DNA from: Octopus vulgaris
Lineage: Eukaryota
Direction: 5' to 3'
Assembly: GCA_951406725.2 (NCBI GenBank)
Contig: OX597827.1
Location: 33,356,001 to 33,420,000, forward strand
Length of the DNA stretch: 64,000 bases
Part shown: positions 43,990-56,789 of the stretch, in pieces
Numbering within the stretch: position 1 is the first letter of the stretch
How the letters are laid out: every line of letters starts with the position of its first letter
The notes under the pieces: model-generated
Database searches by the model: none
Seen by the model: the letters and a program-made list of their open reading frames with translations, nothing else
Told to the model about the DNA's origin: nothing
Translations under genes and position numbers: made by a program

Positions 43990-45320
43990 AAAAATGTCCA
44001 GAACCTGGAGGAGTATGGAATTGGCATTGTCTGAGAGCCTATTAATGTGCTGACGGAGATAACCCGAACAACATAATTACAGCTGCGCTGAAGAGCAATG
44101 GTTATACAAGGACGTTAGCACAGATAGAGCGAAAGAAGCAGGAGTTTATACGCTCCTATGCACTCATAAGATCCCATATCAGCACTCTTGATGCCATCTT
44201 TGACAACGAACAAAGCAAAGATGACAAGGATGGAGGTATGGGTGCTGATGAAAGATGTCAACCCCACTTGGTAGACACCCAGAACAACAAAGAAGATTCA
44301 AGTGAGAAACCTGCCCGGCAAGTAAACCCAAGTGCAAGTGCCCCTACCAGCATCAAAAGGCAAAACCACGGAGATGAAAGAGACAAAAAAGAAGTAAAAA
44401 ACTAAAAGAAAAACAAAAGCTGAAACACCCAAAGAAGGAAAAACAAAAGCTCAAACAAAACCAAAAGATGAAACAGCCAAGGATAGAAGCAAACCTGACT
44501 ATCCATATACCAAAAAGGATCGAAAGAGACAGCACACACGAATGTGTAAATTCTACCTGAAAGGTGTCTGCTGGCATGGAGAGGAAGGTGCAGGCTGCCG
44601 TTTTGCACACCAAAGACCCTGCTACATAAACATGAAACAGGGCAGAAACCAGCTGCCAAAAGGAAAAGGAGAGGACCACGCACCACCTGCTCCAAAACGG
44701 AGGTACGCAGATGTAGTGCGTGTTACAAACCATCAACATGTTATTGAAAGGGCAGCTGCTGAACAAGAATCTTTTTGTGCATGGCACAAAAGATTGTACA
44801 GCAGCTAACCTGGCTCCATCAAACTCAGACTCACAGATGGGACTATCCACAATACACAAGACCGCCAAATAGACCCAAGGTGGACACCACTGGCAACAAC
44901 ACACACATCACCTACTGAACATCAGAGGACTGCTAACACTCAGAAAAAGGACAAAAATCCCTTTCTTGAGAGACCTTGTTGCATGCAATCAAGCCTTATG
45001 CATAGCACTTACGGAAACACACCTGAAACCGGACATAGCAAATGCGGAAATACACATACCACAGTATGTTGTATTACGGACCGACAGAAAAGAAAGGAGT
45101 CATGTTGGAGTTGCTATGTACATCTGCGAGTACCTCACACCCCAGATCCTTTTGTCATACTCAAATTCGGTGTGTGACACACTAATTGTACATATAAGGC
45201 AACTTGGTGTAGTTATATGTGCTACATATCGCCCTCCAGATGCTCCAAGCCATGTAGGCAAGTTTGAAGACTGCCTTACAAAAACAGAAGTTCTAGTCAC
45301 ATTAGAACAACACAAGTGTA
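43990..45320 (+). mobile_element. 5' part of a related CR1-like LINE (ORF1 CCCH finger and N-terminal endonuclease), decayed
   Basis: CKFYLKGVCWHGEEGAGCRFAHQRPC; RDLVACNQALCIALTETHL...RTDRKERSHVGVAMY...YRPPD; colinear with 47440-48720. Confidence 0.85.
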
Positions 45321-45396
45321 CTTCTTATGCACATGAAAGGTTGCATCATTAGTCATGTAAATACCCAGGTCTCGCACTGATTGTGCCTCTGGGATT

Positions 45397-45639
45397 GCAC
45401 AAAAGATTACAACAAATATATTATACATTCTCAAGATAATTTCCAGAAGGAATTATTAAAAAGTTCAGTGGAATATTGGTATACACGCACAGAATATTAT
45501 GAGTTCAAAAAGGTTTACATTATAATAGTAGGGAAGCTAAAACTGACCTGTGTATACCAATATTCCACTGAACTTTTTAATAATTCCTTCTGGAAATTAT
45601 CTTGAGAATGTATAATATATTTGTTGTAATCTTTTGTGC
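45397..45639. repeat. Perfect 90-bp inverted repeat with 63-bp spacer
   Basis: 45397-45486 is the exact reverse complement of 45550-45639 (checked base by base). Confidence 0.95.
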
Positions 45640-45701
45640 CCAATATTTCAATGAACTTGTTAAACTTTTTTGTATTCTTAACATGCTCTTGTCGCCAAAG
45701 A

Positions 45702-45741
<40 letters not shown>

Positions 45742-46067
45742 ATATATAAATACATACATATATATATATATGTGTGTGTTGATGAAGGAAATGATCTTTG
45801 ATTCTAATCCAGAAACGTATGCGTCCATAATTGTCCGGAGACTGTTTGATTTCGTTATTTTTCTTCGTTTTTTTGCCATAAAATGAGTTACAAATACTGT
45901 TGTCTGTGGGACATATTTTTGTAGTAAAAGAAGTAACAGACTTCTGGCTGCTATTTCTAATACTTTCGGTATGTGGTCTAGCAACCTGTTGCAAAGACCC
46001 CCATTGTTATAAATATATATGTATATTTTTTTTCTAGTTTTAGCTCAGAGCTGCGGCCAGGCACCGA

Positions 46068-46118
<51 letters not shown>

Positions 46119-46257
46119 CGGGAAGCTTTATGAAAATAGACAAAAGACGAAGGCAGGTTTATATATATATAAATACATATATATATATACATATATACAC
46201 ACACACATATATATATATGTATATATATATAAATCCATATATATATATATATATAAA

Positions 46258-46335
<78 letters not shown>

Positions 46336-46724
46336 TTAATTTATCTCCAGCCAAATTTATGAAGGAAAAAGAATTGTTCTCTTTTCTTTTTTAAAAGAAA
46401 GCTTCTTCGTACAAGCACGAGGATTTGGATTTTACCTTTTGCGAATAAGTATCCTTTTCATTTGTTTATTTTCCTTTAATGTAAGGTAACATCTGAGTTA
46501 CTAGTTACGACTCCATCTTTGTTTACATTCTGAGAATAATTTTCTTTCAATTTCTGTTTCAGCGTCCACTTCGCTTTCAATCTATCTTTCATTTTATCTC
46601 TATAAAACTAATATTTAAAAATTCTTTTCATTTGTTGATTTTCCTGTAATTTAAGTTAACATCTGAGTTACGACTGAGTTAGAAATATAATCGTAATTAG
46701 TTTAGAATTATATATTTGTTTCGT

Positions 46725-47400
46725 TTCCCCACTCTCTTCATATCTACCCTCTTCTTCTCCTCTCCCTAACATATTTTCCTCCACTTCCAGCTCCTCGCTC
46801 CCTTCCTTTATCTCTCTTTACGCCTACTCTTTCCCTCTGTCTTGTATATCTTACTCATTCTCTCATCTCTCTCCCTCCTTTTCATATCCTCCTCTTTTCT
46901 CATTTCTCTTTCCTTTCCATCTCACATCTACCTCTCCTCTCGTCACCTCACCCTCTCTCTCTCTCATATACTTCTCATTTGCCCATTCTTCTCACTCCGT
47001 CTCTCCCTCTCTCTCACATCTTTCATCCTTTCCTGTCTCTTCTTCACTCTGTCTCTCTTTCTCTTGCTATCCTCTCCCTCCCTCTGTCTCTCTTTCTCTT
47101 CCCCTCCTCTCCTTCACTCTGCCTCTCTTTATCTTCCCCCCTTCTTCTTCACTCTATCTCTCTTTCTATTCCCTTCCTTTCCCTCACGTTGTCTCTCTTT
47201 GTCTCTCCTTCCTCTACCTTCCTCTATCTCTTTAACATGCCACACCCCCTTGCTTTCCTCCTATCACCCTCTCGATTTCTTACATAGCACCTCTCTCTTT
47301 CCTTCATATCTCCCTCTCTCTTTCCCTATTTCCCCCTCTGTGTTTCTCCGTCTCTACCTCTCTCTATCTCTCATTACCTCTCTAGCCTCTACTCCCTCTC
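46725..47400. repeat. Polypyrimidine (CT-rich) low-complexity tract directly upstream of the CR1 ORF1
   Basis: About 680 bp, almost G-free on +; an analogous tract lies at 43350-43945. Confidence 0.9.
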
Positions 47401-47414
47401 TGGGCTTCAAAAAC

Positions 47415-50400
47415 GAAGATGGCACCAAAGTGAGAAAGAAAGAGTTAAATCTTCTGCTACGAGCATGGTGATCCGCCAAACAACATCATCACTGCCGCGC
47501 TAAAGAACAATGGCTTTTATAGAACCATTGACCAGATAGAGCGAAAGAAAAGTGAATTTATCCGGTCTTACATGCTTATAAGAACACACATCAACACCTT
47601 GGATAACATAATTGAAAATTATTGTGGCAAGGATGAAGAGGACGAAAAAGAGAAAGAACCCGGAAGTCTCTGTAATCCAGAGGTTCCTCAAGAAAATGGA
47701 TCACCTACCCCGGTGAACGACCAGGCAGGAAATTATAGGGGAGCCAAGGGAGCAGAAACTTGAAGCCTCCCTGTACCAGTGGTCCTACAAAGAAATGAGA
47801 AATTAGAAAAACAGAAGAAAAAAGGAAGAACGGAAAACAAAAATAAAGAAGGAAAGGAAGGAAAAGGAAGCAAAACAACCAAAGCTGAAACTCCAACCCA
47901 CCACACAAACATCAGAGAACCCCATGGAGGATCCAACGCCACCCAGCACACTTCAGGAAAAAAGAAATCTGGAAAGCACCCAAGAACCTGTAAATTCTAC
48001 CTGCGGGGAGGACGGCAAAAATTGCCGGTTTGCCCATCCGACACCCTGCCAGAACTTCAGGGGACTCAAAGAGAAAAGCTTTACTGAGGGAAGACAAGAA
48101 ATGTCTCCCAGGAAAACATTCAGAAAAGGAGTGTGCTCCTCAGATGTTCTGCGCAACGCAGCAGCTGAGCAAGAGTCTTTTTTGTGCATGGCGCAAAGGA
48201 TTGTCCAGCAGCTAACCTGGTTACACCAAGCACAAAGAAGGAACCTTTCCCACCACTATGCAAGACCACCACAGTCAACAGACACGGGATGGCCTCCCCT
48301 AACGCCTGCACAGCCGTCACCCCAATACTTTTACTAAATATTGGGGGCCTGTTGCATCAAAATAAAAACAAAATTTCTTTCCTGAGAGATCTTACTGCAT
48401 GCAATCAAGCCCTATGCATAGCACTCGTGGAAACTCACCTCAGCCCTGATATAGAGGACGCAGAAGTACACGTACCAAACTATGCCATACTGCGAACAGA
48501 CAGAAGGGAAAGGAGCCATGGTGGAGTTGCTGTATACATCCGGGATGACCTCACACCTCAGGTCTTACTATCATGCTCAAATTCGGTATGTGACACTTTA
48601 ATTGTATACATAAGACAACATAATATAGTCATATGCAATACATATTGCCCACCGGATGCTCCAAATCACATAGGCAAGCTTGAAGATTGCCTCACAAGAA
48701 TTAAAGAAATCCTCATGAATCTGGAACACCACGTGACCATATTTCTTATGGGCGATTTCAACTTCCCCAACGTCAAATGGCCCGAAGGTCTCATACTCTC
48801 AGGAATGAATCATTGCAAGCAAGTACAGGTGGGGTCCCTGCTCAACCTCACCAATGCCTTATTCATGGAGCAAGTTGTACTCAAACCAACTAGGGCGAAT
48901 AACATTCTGGATCTCTGCTTCATGAACAATATGTACATCATTCATGATGTGAAAGTGACACCGAAATTAGTCTCGGATCACAACATAATAAAGCTGTCTA
49001 TGTTTGGGCCGAAAGTAACCAGAGACATACAGCCTAAAGGAAGCAACCGAAATCTCTCCAATCTGAACTTCCACAAAGCAGGTTGGAAATCGATCCAAAA
49101 AGAGACCCTCAGAGAGGACTGGCCGAAATGTCTCTCCACACCAGACATTGACATGAAACTAGAATGTTTCATGTCTTCTGTGCAAGCCGTATGCCAGAAA
49201 TATGTCCCAGAGCACAAGGCCAAAACAAATAGGAGCTAGATTTGAAGAGATAGGAAGATCCTCATGAGACGACAGACGAAGGTTGCAAATCGACTCAACC
49301 AACATCCCAAAAGTAGTGAAACGTCCCGCCTAAAAACAACACTGATGGAGATCGAAAAAAGGCTGCAACAATCCTATGTGAGGGAGAAAGCAGACAAAGA
49401 AGCCTGGGTTATAAAAAAACATTAAATCAAACCCAAAGGCCTTCTTTCATTACGCAAAAGAAACAGCCTCAGTACACTACAAGATAGGACCCCTCCTCCA
49501 AAAGGATGGCTCCCTCACAGACAGTCCAACTAAAATCAGTGAGATACTGAATGACCAGTTCAAAAGTGTCTTTACCACCCCGTTGGAACACAGACAAGTG
49601 AACGAACCAGTGGACTTCTTTGTCGCCTCACATATAACCAGCGAGGCAGTTACAATAGAATACATTGACAATAGCGAAGAAAATGTACTACTAGCCATAG
49701 ATGAAGTGGACACAAACTCAACTGCTGGTCCTGATGGTTTCCCAGCAATCCTCCTCAAAGCGTGTAAGCATGCCCTGGCAAAACCCCTCAAGATTCTCTT
49801 CCAGAGCTTTCTTACAAATGGCAAACTGCCAAGCAAGCTGAAGGAGGGAATAATATGGCCAATACATAAAGGGGGAAGTAGGGCAGATGCAAAAAACTAT
49901 AGGCCTATCTCTCTGACTTCACACATCAGCAAAGTCATGGAACGGATAGTCAGAAAGAAACTAATCGCATTCCTTGAGGAAAATAACTTGCTGAGTGATA
50001 CCCAGCATGGTTTTCGACCAGGTAGGAGCTGCCTGACCCAGCTCTTACAACATTATGACTGGGTGTTGAGGCAGTTACTCAACAAATCAAATGTGGACGT
50101 AATCTACCTTGATTTTGCAAAAGCTTTTGACAAGGTGGATCATGGTATGATATGCCACAAACTGCGTGACCTCGGCATAGCTGGAAAACTTGGAGTGTGG
50201 TTACATGACTTCCTGAAAGATAGGAGTCAAGCAGTAGTGGTTAATGGAGCCATCTCTATGACCACACAAATAGTGAGCGGTGTTCCACAGAGCACTGTCT
50301 TGGGACCACTGCTTTTTATAGTGGCCCTCTCAGATATGCCCTCAAATGCCCGGATAGCCACTCTGGCAAGCTATGCAGACGATACGAAAGTCTTGCAGAA

Positions 50401-50932
50401 AATACAGAACCCCAGCGATGTTGCACACCTGCAGCAGGAGTTGGACTCAATCTACAGATAGGCTGAGGATAATAATATGCAGTTTAATGCTGAAAAATTC
50501 CAGGCCCTGCGCTACCAGCATCCAAAACTGAATATTAAACTTACAGGGTACACCCATCCACAGGGAATTTCAATCCCAGAGCCTAAATCTGTGAGGGACC
50601 TGGGTATCGACATGAGTGATGATACCTCTTTCCAAGTGCACATTACCAGGATGGCGACAAAGTGCAGACAACTGGCTGGATGGATCCTAAGAACATTCAG
50701 AACCAGAGATAAGGAAACCATGATGGTCCTCTGGTGGACATTCGTCCTCAGCTGCCTGGATTACACTGCTCACAGCTAGGGTCACCCACCAGTGTGAAAT
50801 TAACAGCGGACCTTGAAGCAATTCAGAGAAGATTCACAAAGAAGATCGTCTCTTTGCAACAGCTCAGCTACTGGGAAAGGTTGAAATAGCTAAGACTCTA
50901 CTCCCTGGAGAGAATATGGGAGAGGTATGCAG
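47415..50932 (+). mobile_element. Near full-length inactive CR1/L2-group LINE: ORF1 with CCCH-like finger, APE endonuclease, reverse transcriptase
   Basis: TCKFYLRG..GKNCRFAHPTPC; APE motifs LLNIGGL, ALVETHL, RTDRRERSHGGVAVYIR, MGDFNFP, NILDL, SDH; RT motifs NYRPISLTS, QHGFRPGRSC, YLDFAKAFDKVDH, SGVPQSTVLGP, YADD; in-frame stops at 49239 and 50461; 3' end lost. Confidence 0.92.
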
Positions 50933-51267
50933 TAATGAGAAGAGAATGTTCGTGTCTATATATTTAGGAAGATTGAGAGACCGAGTGAGGAAAGATGGTG
51001 TGACAGAGAGAAGTGAAGAGACAGAGAGAGAAAGAGATGCAAGAGAGGAGGTTATGCAAAAGATTGAGCGGCTGAGAGAAGATAAGAAGAAAGTGAGAGG
51101 AGAATGTTCACGTCTATATATTTAGGAATATTGAGAGGCTGAGAGAAGGAAGATGGTGTGATATAGAGAAGTGAGGAGACAGAGAGAGAAAGAAAAGAAA
51201 GAGATGAAGTTATGCAAAAGATTCTACTTAGTAGATAGTAGAATATATAAATAAAGTAACAAATAAA

Positions 51268-51649
51268 TCTCTCTCTATATAAACGGCAGTTTGTCTGTGC
51301 GTTTTCTGTGTGTCTGTTTTCTCGTACCCTCACTCTGACCACGGCTTTCAACCGATTCTGATGAAACTTGACACACACATAGCCCAATGTCATAATTCAA
51401 AACTAACGCAGCGAAAATTTTGAAAAGTTCCCCAGTTCTGAAAAAAATCGATAAATTCGACATGGGGTCGAGAATCAGAAACCCAAACCGCAGACCGTCT
51501 AGGGGACGCAACTCCACCTTTTTTAACTCTCAAAAAAATTTACCCTCATTTTTTTTCCATTTTTTTGCTATTTTTGGGCTATAACTCTCTAAAAATGCTT
51601 TATAGTTATTTCCCTTACAAACCTGAGCAACGCCGGGCGATACTGCTAG
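51268..51649 (+). mobile_element. Non-autonomous Helitron
   Basis: A|TC 5' end; GC hairpin cctgagcaacgccggg followed by cgatactgCTAG|T 3' end. Confidence 0.8.
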
Positions 51650-52003
51650 TATATATATATCTGCAACTACGAAAGTTCTCTTCTAAACTAATTATAAATA
51701 TCTATCTATCTTTAACTACGAAAATGTTCTTCTCAACTAATTACGACTATATTTCTAATGTTCGCGTCTATATATTTAGGAAGATTAAGAGGCTGAGAGG
51801 AGAAAGATGGTGTGACAGAGAGAGGCGAAGAGACACAGAGAGAGAAAGTAATGAAAGAGAAGAAGTTATGCAAAAGATTCTACTTGGATAGTACAATATA
51901 TAAATAAAGTAACAAATAAGTAAAATATATATATATATATATAATAAAAACTTACTTGGAGAAATAAGAAAGTGACATACCTACATCTATATGTATATAT
52001 ACA

Positions 52004-52055
<52 letters not shown>

Positions 52056-53741
52056 TAAATAAAATAAAACATATGCATATATATAAACATATATGTACGT
52101 ACCTACCTCTACATGTACATATACACGCATATATGAGTACAGGACACCAAAAAGACGTCGAACACAATGAGAAACGAAAACATAGACACAAACCAAAGGA
52201 ACTGGACATTTTTTTAAACAACAAAAAAATAGAGTACAGGACAATTAACACAAAGAAAAAAACCCTTCTTCAGTCGCTATGGTTTCATCTACTCTACGTT
52301 TCGAAGGTGAAAGCGAGACGTATCTTCGACAAGAAACTTTCCTTCCTGCGAAAAGCAAATCAATTAAAATTCTGAGATCTTTTCGCAGAGGGGTAAAAAA
52401 TGGTAACAAAAACAGGACAGTAACGACAGTACAAATTATAAACAGTAAAAGACAAGACAAAGAAAAACAAGATAAGAAGGGCTGTTAACGCCGAACGAAA
52501 AAAGTATAGCGAACGCGGATTTTTTTATGAACGACGAGCGGAGCAAAAAGAATTGTCGTCCATACCTCGAGAGGGTAAAGGCTGGTAAGACAGTAGCGGA
52601 AGTCTCGTCGCGGGTCAACGACGGGAGGGGGAAGGAGGAGCAAGAGAAGAAGGAAGGGGAATGGTTGTGAGGAAACAATGAAGAATGAAGAGGGGGAGAG
52701 TGAGAGAGAGGAAGAGACAAGTTAAGTAGAGGAAAAGGAAATCAAAGAATGAAGGCTGAGAAAGGGATGGGACAGAAAGGTTAAGAGTGCGCATCAAAGT
52801 TAATATCAAGAACAAAACTTAATATAAAGAACAATCTTACATGCGAAACAAAGACCTTTTCGTTTTGTTTTTCTCGTTTGTTTTCTTGTCTTTTGATTTC
52901 TCGTATTGTATTTTCTTTTTATTTCTCGTTTTGTATTTTCTTGTACGTGTATCTTTATCTTGTATTTTATTTTGCATTTGTATCGTTTTTACGTCCTGTT
53001 TTTGTCACATGTTTTTCTTGTCTGTTTTTGCTCCTATGCGAGGCAATTTTATTTTAATTCTCTCGCAATGAAGAACTAGTTGACGAGTCGTGTCCTGTTT
53101 TATCCTTCGAAACACGCTTCAGTTAGCTAGAGACAGCTGATGAACTGGGGATTTTTCCTGTGTGGTTTGTCCTGTACCTTGTTTTTCTGTTGTAAAAAAT
53201 AAAGTTTTTCCCGTTTCCGTTTCGTCTGTTTTTTTGTTGTAAAAATATGGCTTGTCTGTTTTCGTTTTTCGTTGAGTTCTACGTCTAGTTGCAGTGTCCT
53301 GTACTCACGTATATATATTTATATATGCATGTATATATACATGTAGATGTAGGTACGTACATATATGTTTGTATGCATGTATATATATTATTTATTACAT
53401 ATATATATATACGTTTGTATGCCTCTTCATCCATCGAACATCGCTTGACAACTGGTGCTGCTGTTTTCACGTCCCCGTAACTGAGCGGTTCGGCAAAACA
53501 GACCGATACATTAAGTACTAGGCCTATAAAGAATAGGTCCTGGGTGCTATTTGCTCGATTGAAGGCGGTGCTCCAGCATGGCCGCAGTCAAATAACTGAA
53601 CGTAGCAAAAGCGAGTGAAAGGGTAATTAGCGAAAGCAGTGTATATTCTGTTGACAAATTTAAGGGAGATAACTAAAAATTATCTAATAGAGTTATGTCC
53701 CTTGAATACTATAATAAAGACGTAATACATACACTGTTAAA

Positions 53742-54166
53742 CTTTTACTTGTTTCATTCTTTTGACTGCCCATGCTTGAGCACCAGCTTTTATCGAGCAA
53801 ATCGCCCCCAGGGCATATTCTTTGTAAGTCTACTATTTATTCTATCGGTCTCCTTTGCCGAACCGCTAAGTTACGGTGACGTAAACACACCAGCGTCGGT
53901 TGTCAAGCGATGTTGGGGACACAAACACAGACAGAAACATACACTTACACATAAATACATATATATATATATGTGTGTGTATGTGTATATATATATTCAT
54001 ATATACGACGGGCTTCTTTCTGTTTCCATGTACATAATCCACTCACAAAGCTTTGGTCTGTCCGATGCTATAGTAGAAGACTTGCCCATGGTGCCACGGA
54101 GTGGGACTGAACCAGAAACCATGTGGTTGGTAAGCAAGATACTTACCAGACAGCCACTCCTACGCC
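53742..54166 (-). mobile_element. SINE family 1 copy
   Basis: Same head and tail. Confidence 0.82.
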
Positions 54167-54526
54167 TATATATTTACATATACATATATACGACAGTAAG
54201 CAAGCTACGCCTCATATAGACACTCCTGTTTGTTACTCTGACAACAAGTTGAAGGTGAGCTCTGATTGGTAGTATGCAAATGAGTTCATTAATGGGCTCC
54301 GGAACTCTCGCTGGAGAAAAAAACTTTCGCGGTTGGGTCACATGAGACGATCCGACCACCTTGGGTGTGGGTGGACTGTGCTCACACACGCACAAACACC
54401 CACACGTCCGCACTTACACACATAGATACATATAAAGACGCACACTGGTAGCTATTTATGCTTTAAATATGTTTACTTTAATACCGTGACATTCTGAAGT
54501 AATTGTATGAGTGTGTGGGTAAGCCG

Positions 54527-54583
<57 letters not shown>

Positions 54584-54849
54584 TTCATTTCTGTGTCTGT
54601 TTGCGCGCGCTCATGTGTGAGAGTTTCCAGTTCATTGCTTGTACTTGTGTGCGTGTGTGAATGTGTAATTGTGTTTCCATTTCTGTGTGTGTGTGAGAGC
54701 ATGTGTGTTTTTGTGCGTGTGTGTGTTTGAGAGTATTTTCATTTCAGTGTTTGTGTGTGTGTGTGACTCTTATTATTTCCATGGGAGCGTGTGTGTGAGC
54801 GACTGTGTATTTTTATTTGTTTGTGTGTATGCAACAATTGCTGCTACAA

Positions 54850-55215
54850 CACACATTTCCATATCACTAACTACTAAATCAAACGAAGTTCGATTTATTG
54901 CACCTTTAGCGACTTCAGATATTGCTCATATTTTTCTCATATGGCGACAATGTATTAATTTCAAAAGTTGATAAAACAAATTCTCATACTGGGGTGAAAG
55001 GTGCTGACATTCTAACTGGGGGTGGTAAACAACCAATACCCACCTTATTTCTCTGGTGTGGAATATTTATGACTATACCAGTTGACTTGTTACAGGCTTC
55101 GGTTATGGCTTCACTTTTATAGATTTGGGAAAGTCCACAGAAGTTACTGGATTTACAGTCAAATCTACTCAAGTAATTTCTCTTCTTTTTTGTTAAATCC
55201 TGTTGGAACTAGTGG
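54850..55215 (-). mobile_element. Fossil Penelope-like RT fragment
   Basis: LSRFDCKSSNFCGLSQIYKSEAITEAC resembles the PLE F-Y-G-L-P-K-I-H-K region as recalled; downstream ISEVAKGA..SFDLVVSDME weakly resembles the G.AMG..AP..A.LVM motif; disrupted. Confidence 0.5.
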
Positions 55216-55238
55216 ATACTTACCACAAACACACGCAT

Positions 55239-55294
<56 letters not shown>

Positions 55295-55310
55295 TAACAC
55301 ACACACATGG

Positions 55311-55350
<40 letters not shown>

Positions 55351-55356
<6 letters not shown>

Positions 55357-55961
55357 TGCCCCCTCGTTATCGAGTATGGCCATTGCACGAAGCTTAACTG
55401 TTCTTGGTGCTGTGACCGAATGTGACTTTTATTTGCTTTTTAAGGCTACAGCCAGCTATTCAGTTGAGACTCACAGCACTATCAACAATCATGAACAATA
55501 TTGCTATCGTGCAATGCAAGAAGATTTTTTTAAAGTGAGGAAAGGCTGTGCCCCGAATCAATCCCACTCACTAAGCAACAGCAGCCATAATCCGAAAAGA
55601 AGAACAAGTTAACATCATCGGAAACTACCGAGCCGCAGGTTTTATGTCGGATTTATCCCAGTTACCTGAGTTACCTTCTCCTAGAAGGATGCCCTAACAA
55701 AGGCTAGGAGTCCTTCACTCCTAATGGTTTAACCACGCGATCGGGTATTCAGTCCGATTATTTCTGTCCCCGCGCATGGTACAGCATTAAGCCTTAAAAA
55801 AATACACATTTATTGGATAGCCGTTGATTCTCAAGAGCTCCTCTGCCCTTTGGCAGGTTTTGTTTTTCATCCCGCAGGGTGTCCAATAAACACCCTCCTC
55901 ACCATGCAACAGGTTGTACTGGGTTACATGTTACCAGTAGCACACGAAAGTGACCTGACAT
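55351..55961 (-). mobile_element. Non-autonomous RTE-derived element, inverted copy of 2781-3332
   Basis: Reverse complement colinear with 2781-3332 and has the same termini (atgtcaggtcac... and ...gggggcagcca). Confidence 0.7.
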
Positions 55962-56732
55962 AAACAAATATATATACAAATATACATACAAACATATATA
56001 TAAACAAATATATATATACAAATATATATACAAACATATATATATACAAACATATATATATACAAATATATATATACAAATATATATACAAACATATATA
56101 TACAAACATATACATACAAACATATATATACAAACATATACATACAAACATATATATACAAATAAATATATACAAATATATATAGAAACATATACATACA
56201 AAAATATATATACAAATATATATACAAACATATATATGCATATATATACAAACATAAACATATATATACAAATATATACAAATATATATACAAACATATA
56301 CATGCGAACACATATATACAAATATATATACAAACATATATACAAACAAATATATACAAATATATATATACAAACATATATATACAAACATATATAAACT
56401 AATATATATACAAACATATATGTACACATATACATACAAATATATATATACAAATATAAATACAAATATATATACAAACATATATATACAAACATATACA
56501 TACAAATACATATACAAACATGTATATAAAGATATTTACAAATATATGCATACAAACATATATATACAAACATATACATTCAAACATATATATACAAACA
56601 TACATATACAAACATATATACAAACATATATGTAAATATATATACAAGCACACACATACAAATTATATACAAATATATATACAAACATATACATAAAATT
56701 ATATATACAAATATATATATACAAATACATAT

Positions 56733-56789
<57 letters not shown>

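Noticed and set aside
46842-47471. 209-aa L/S/F/P-rich membrane-like ORF
   Set aside because: Translation of a polypyrimidine tract.
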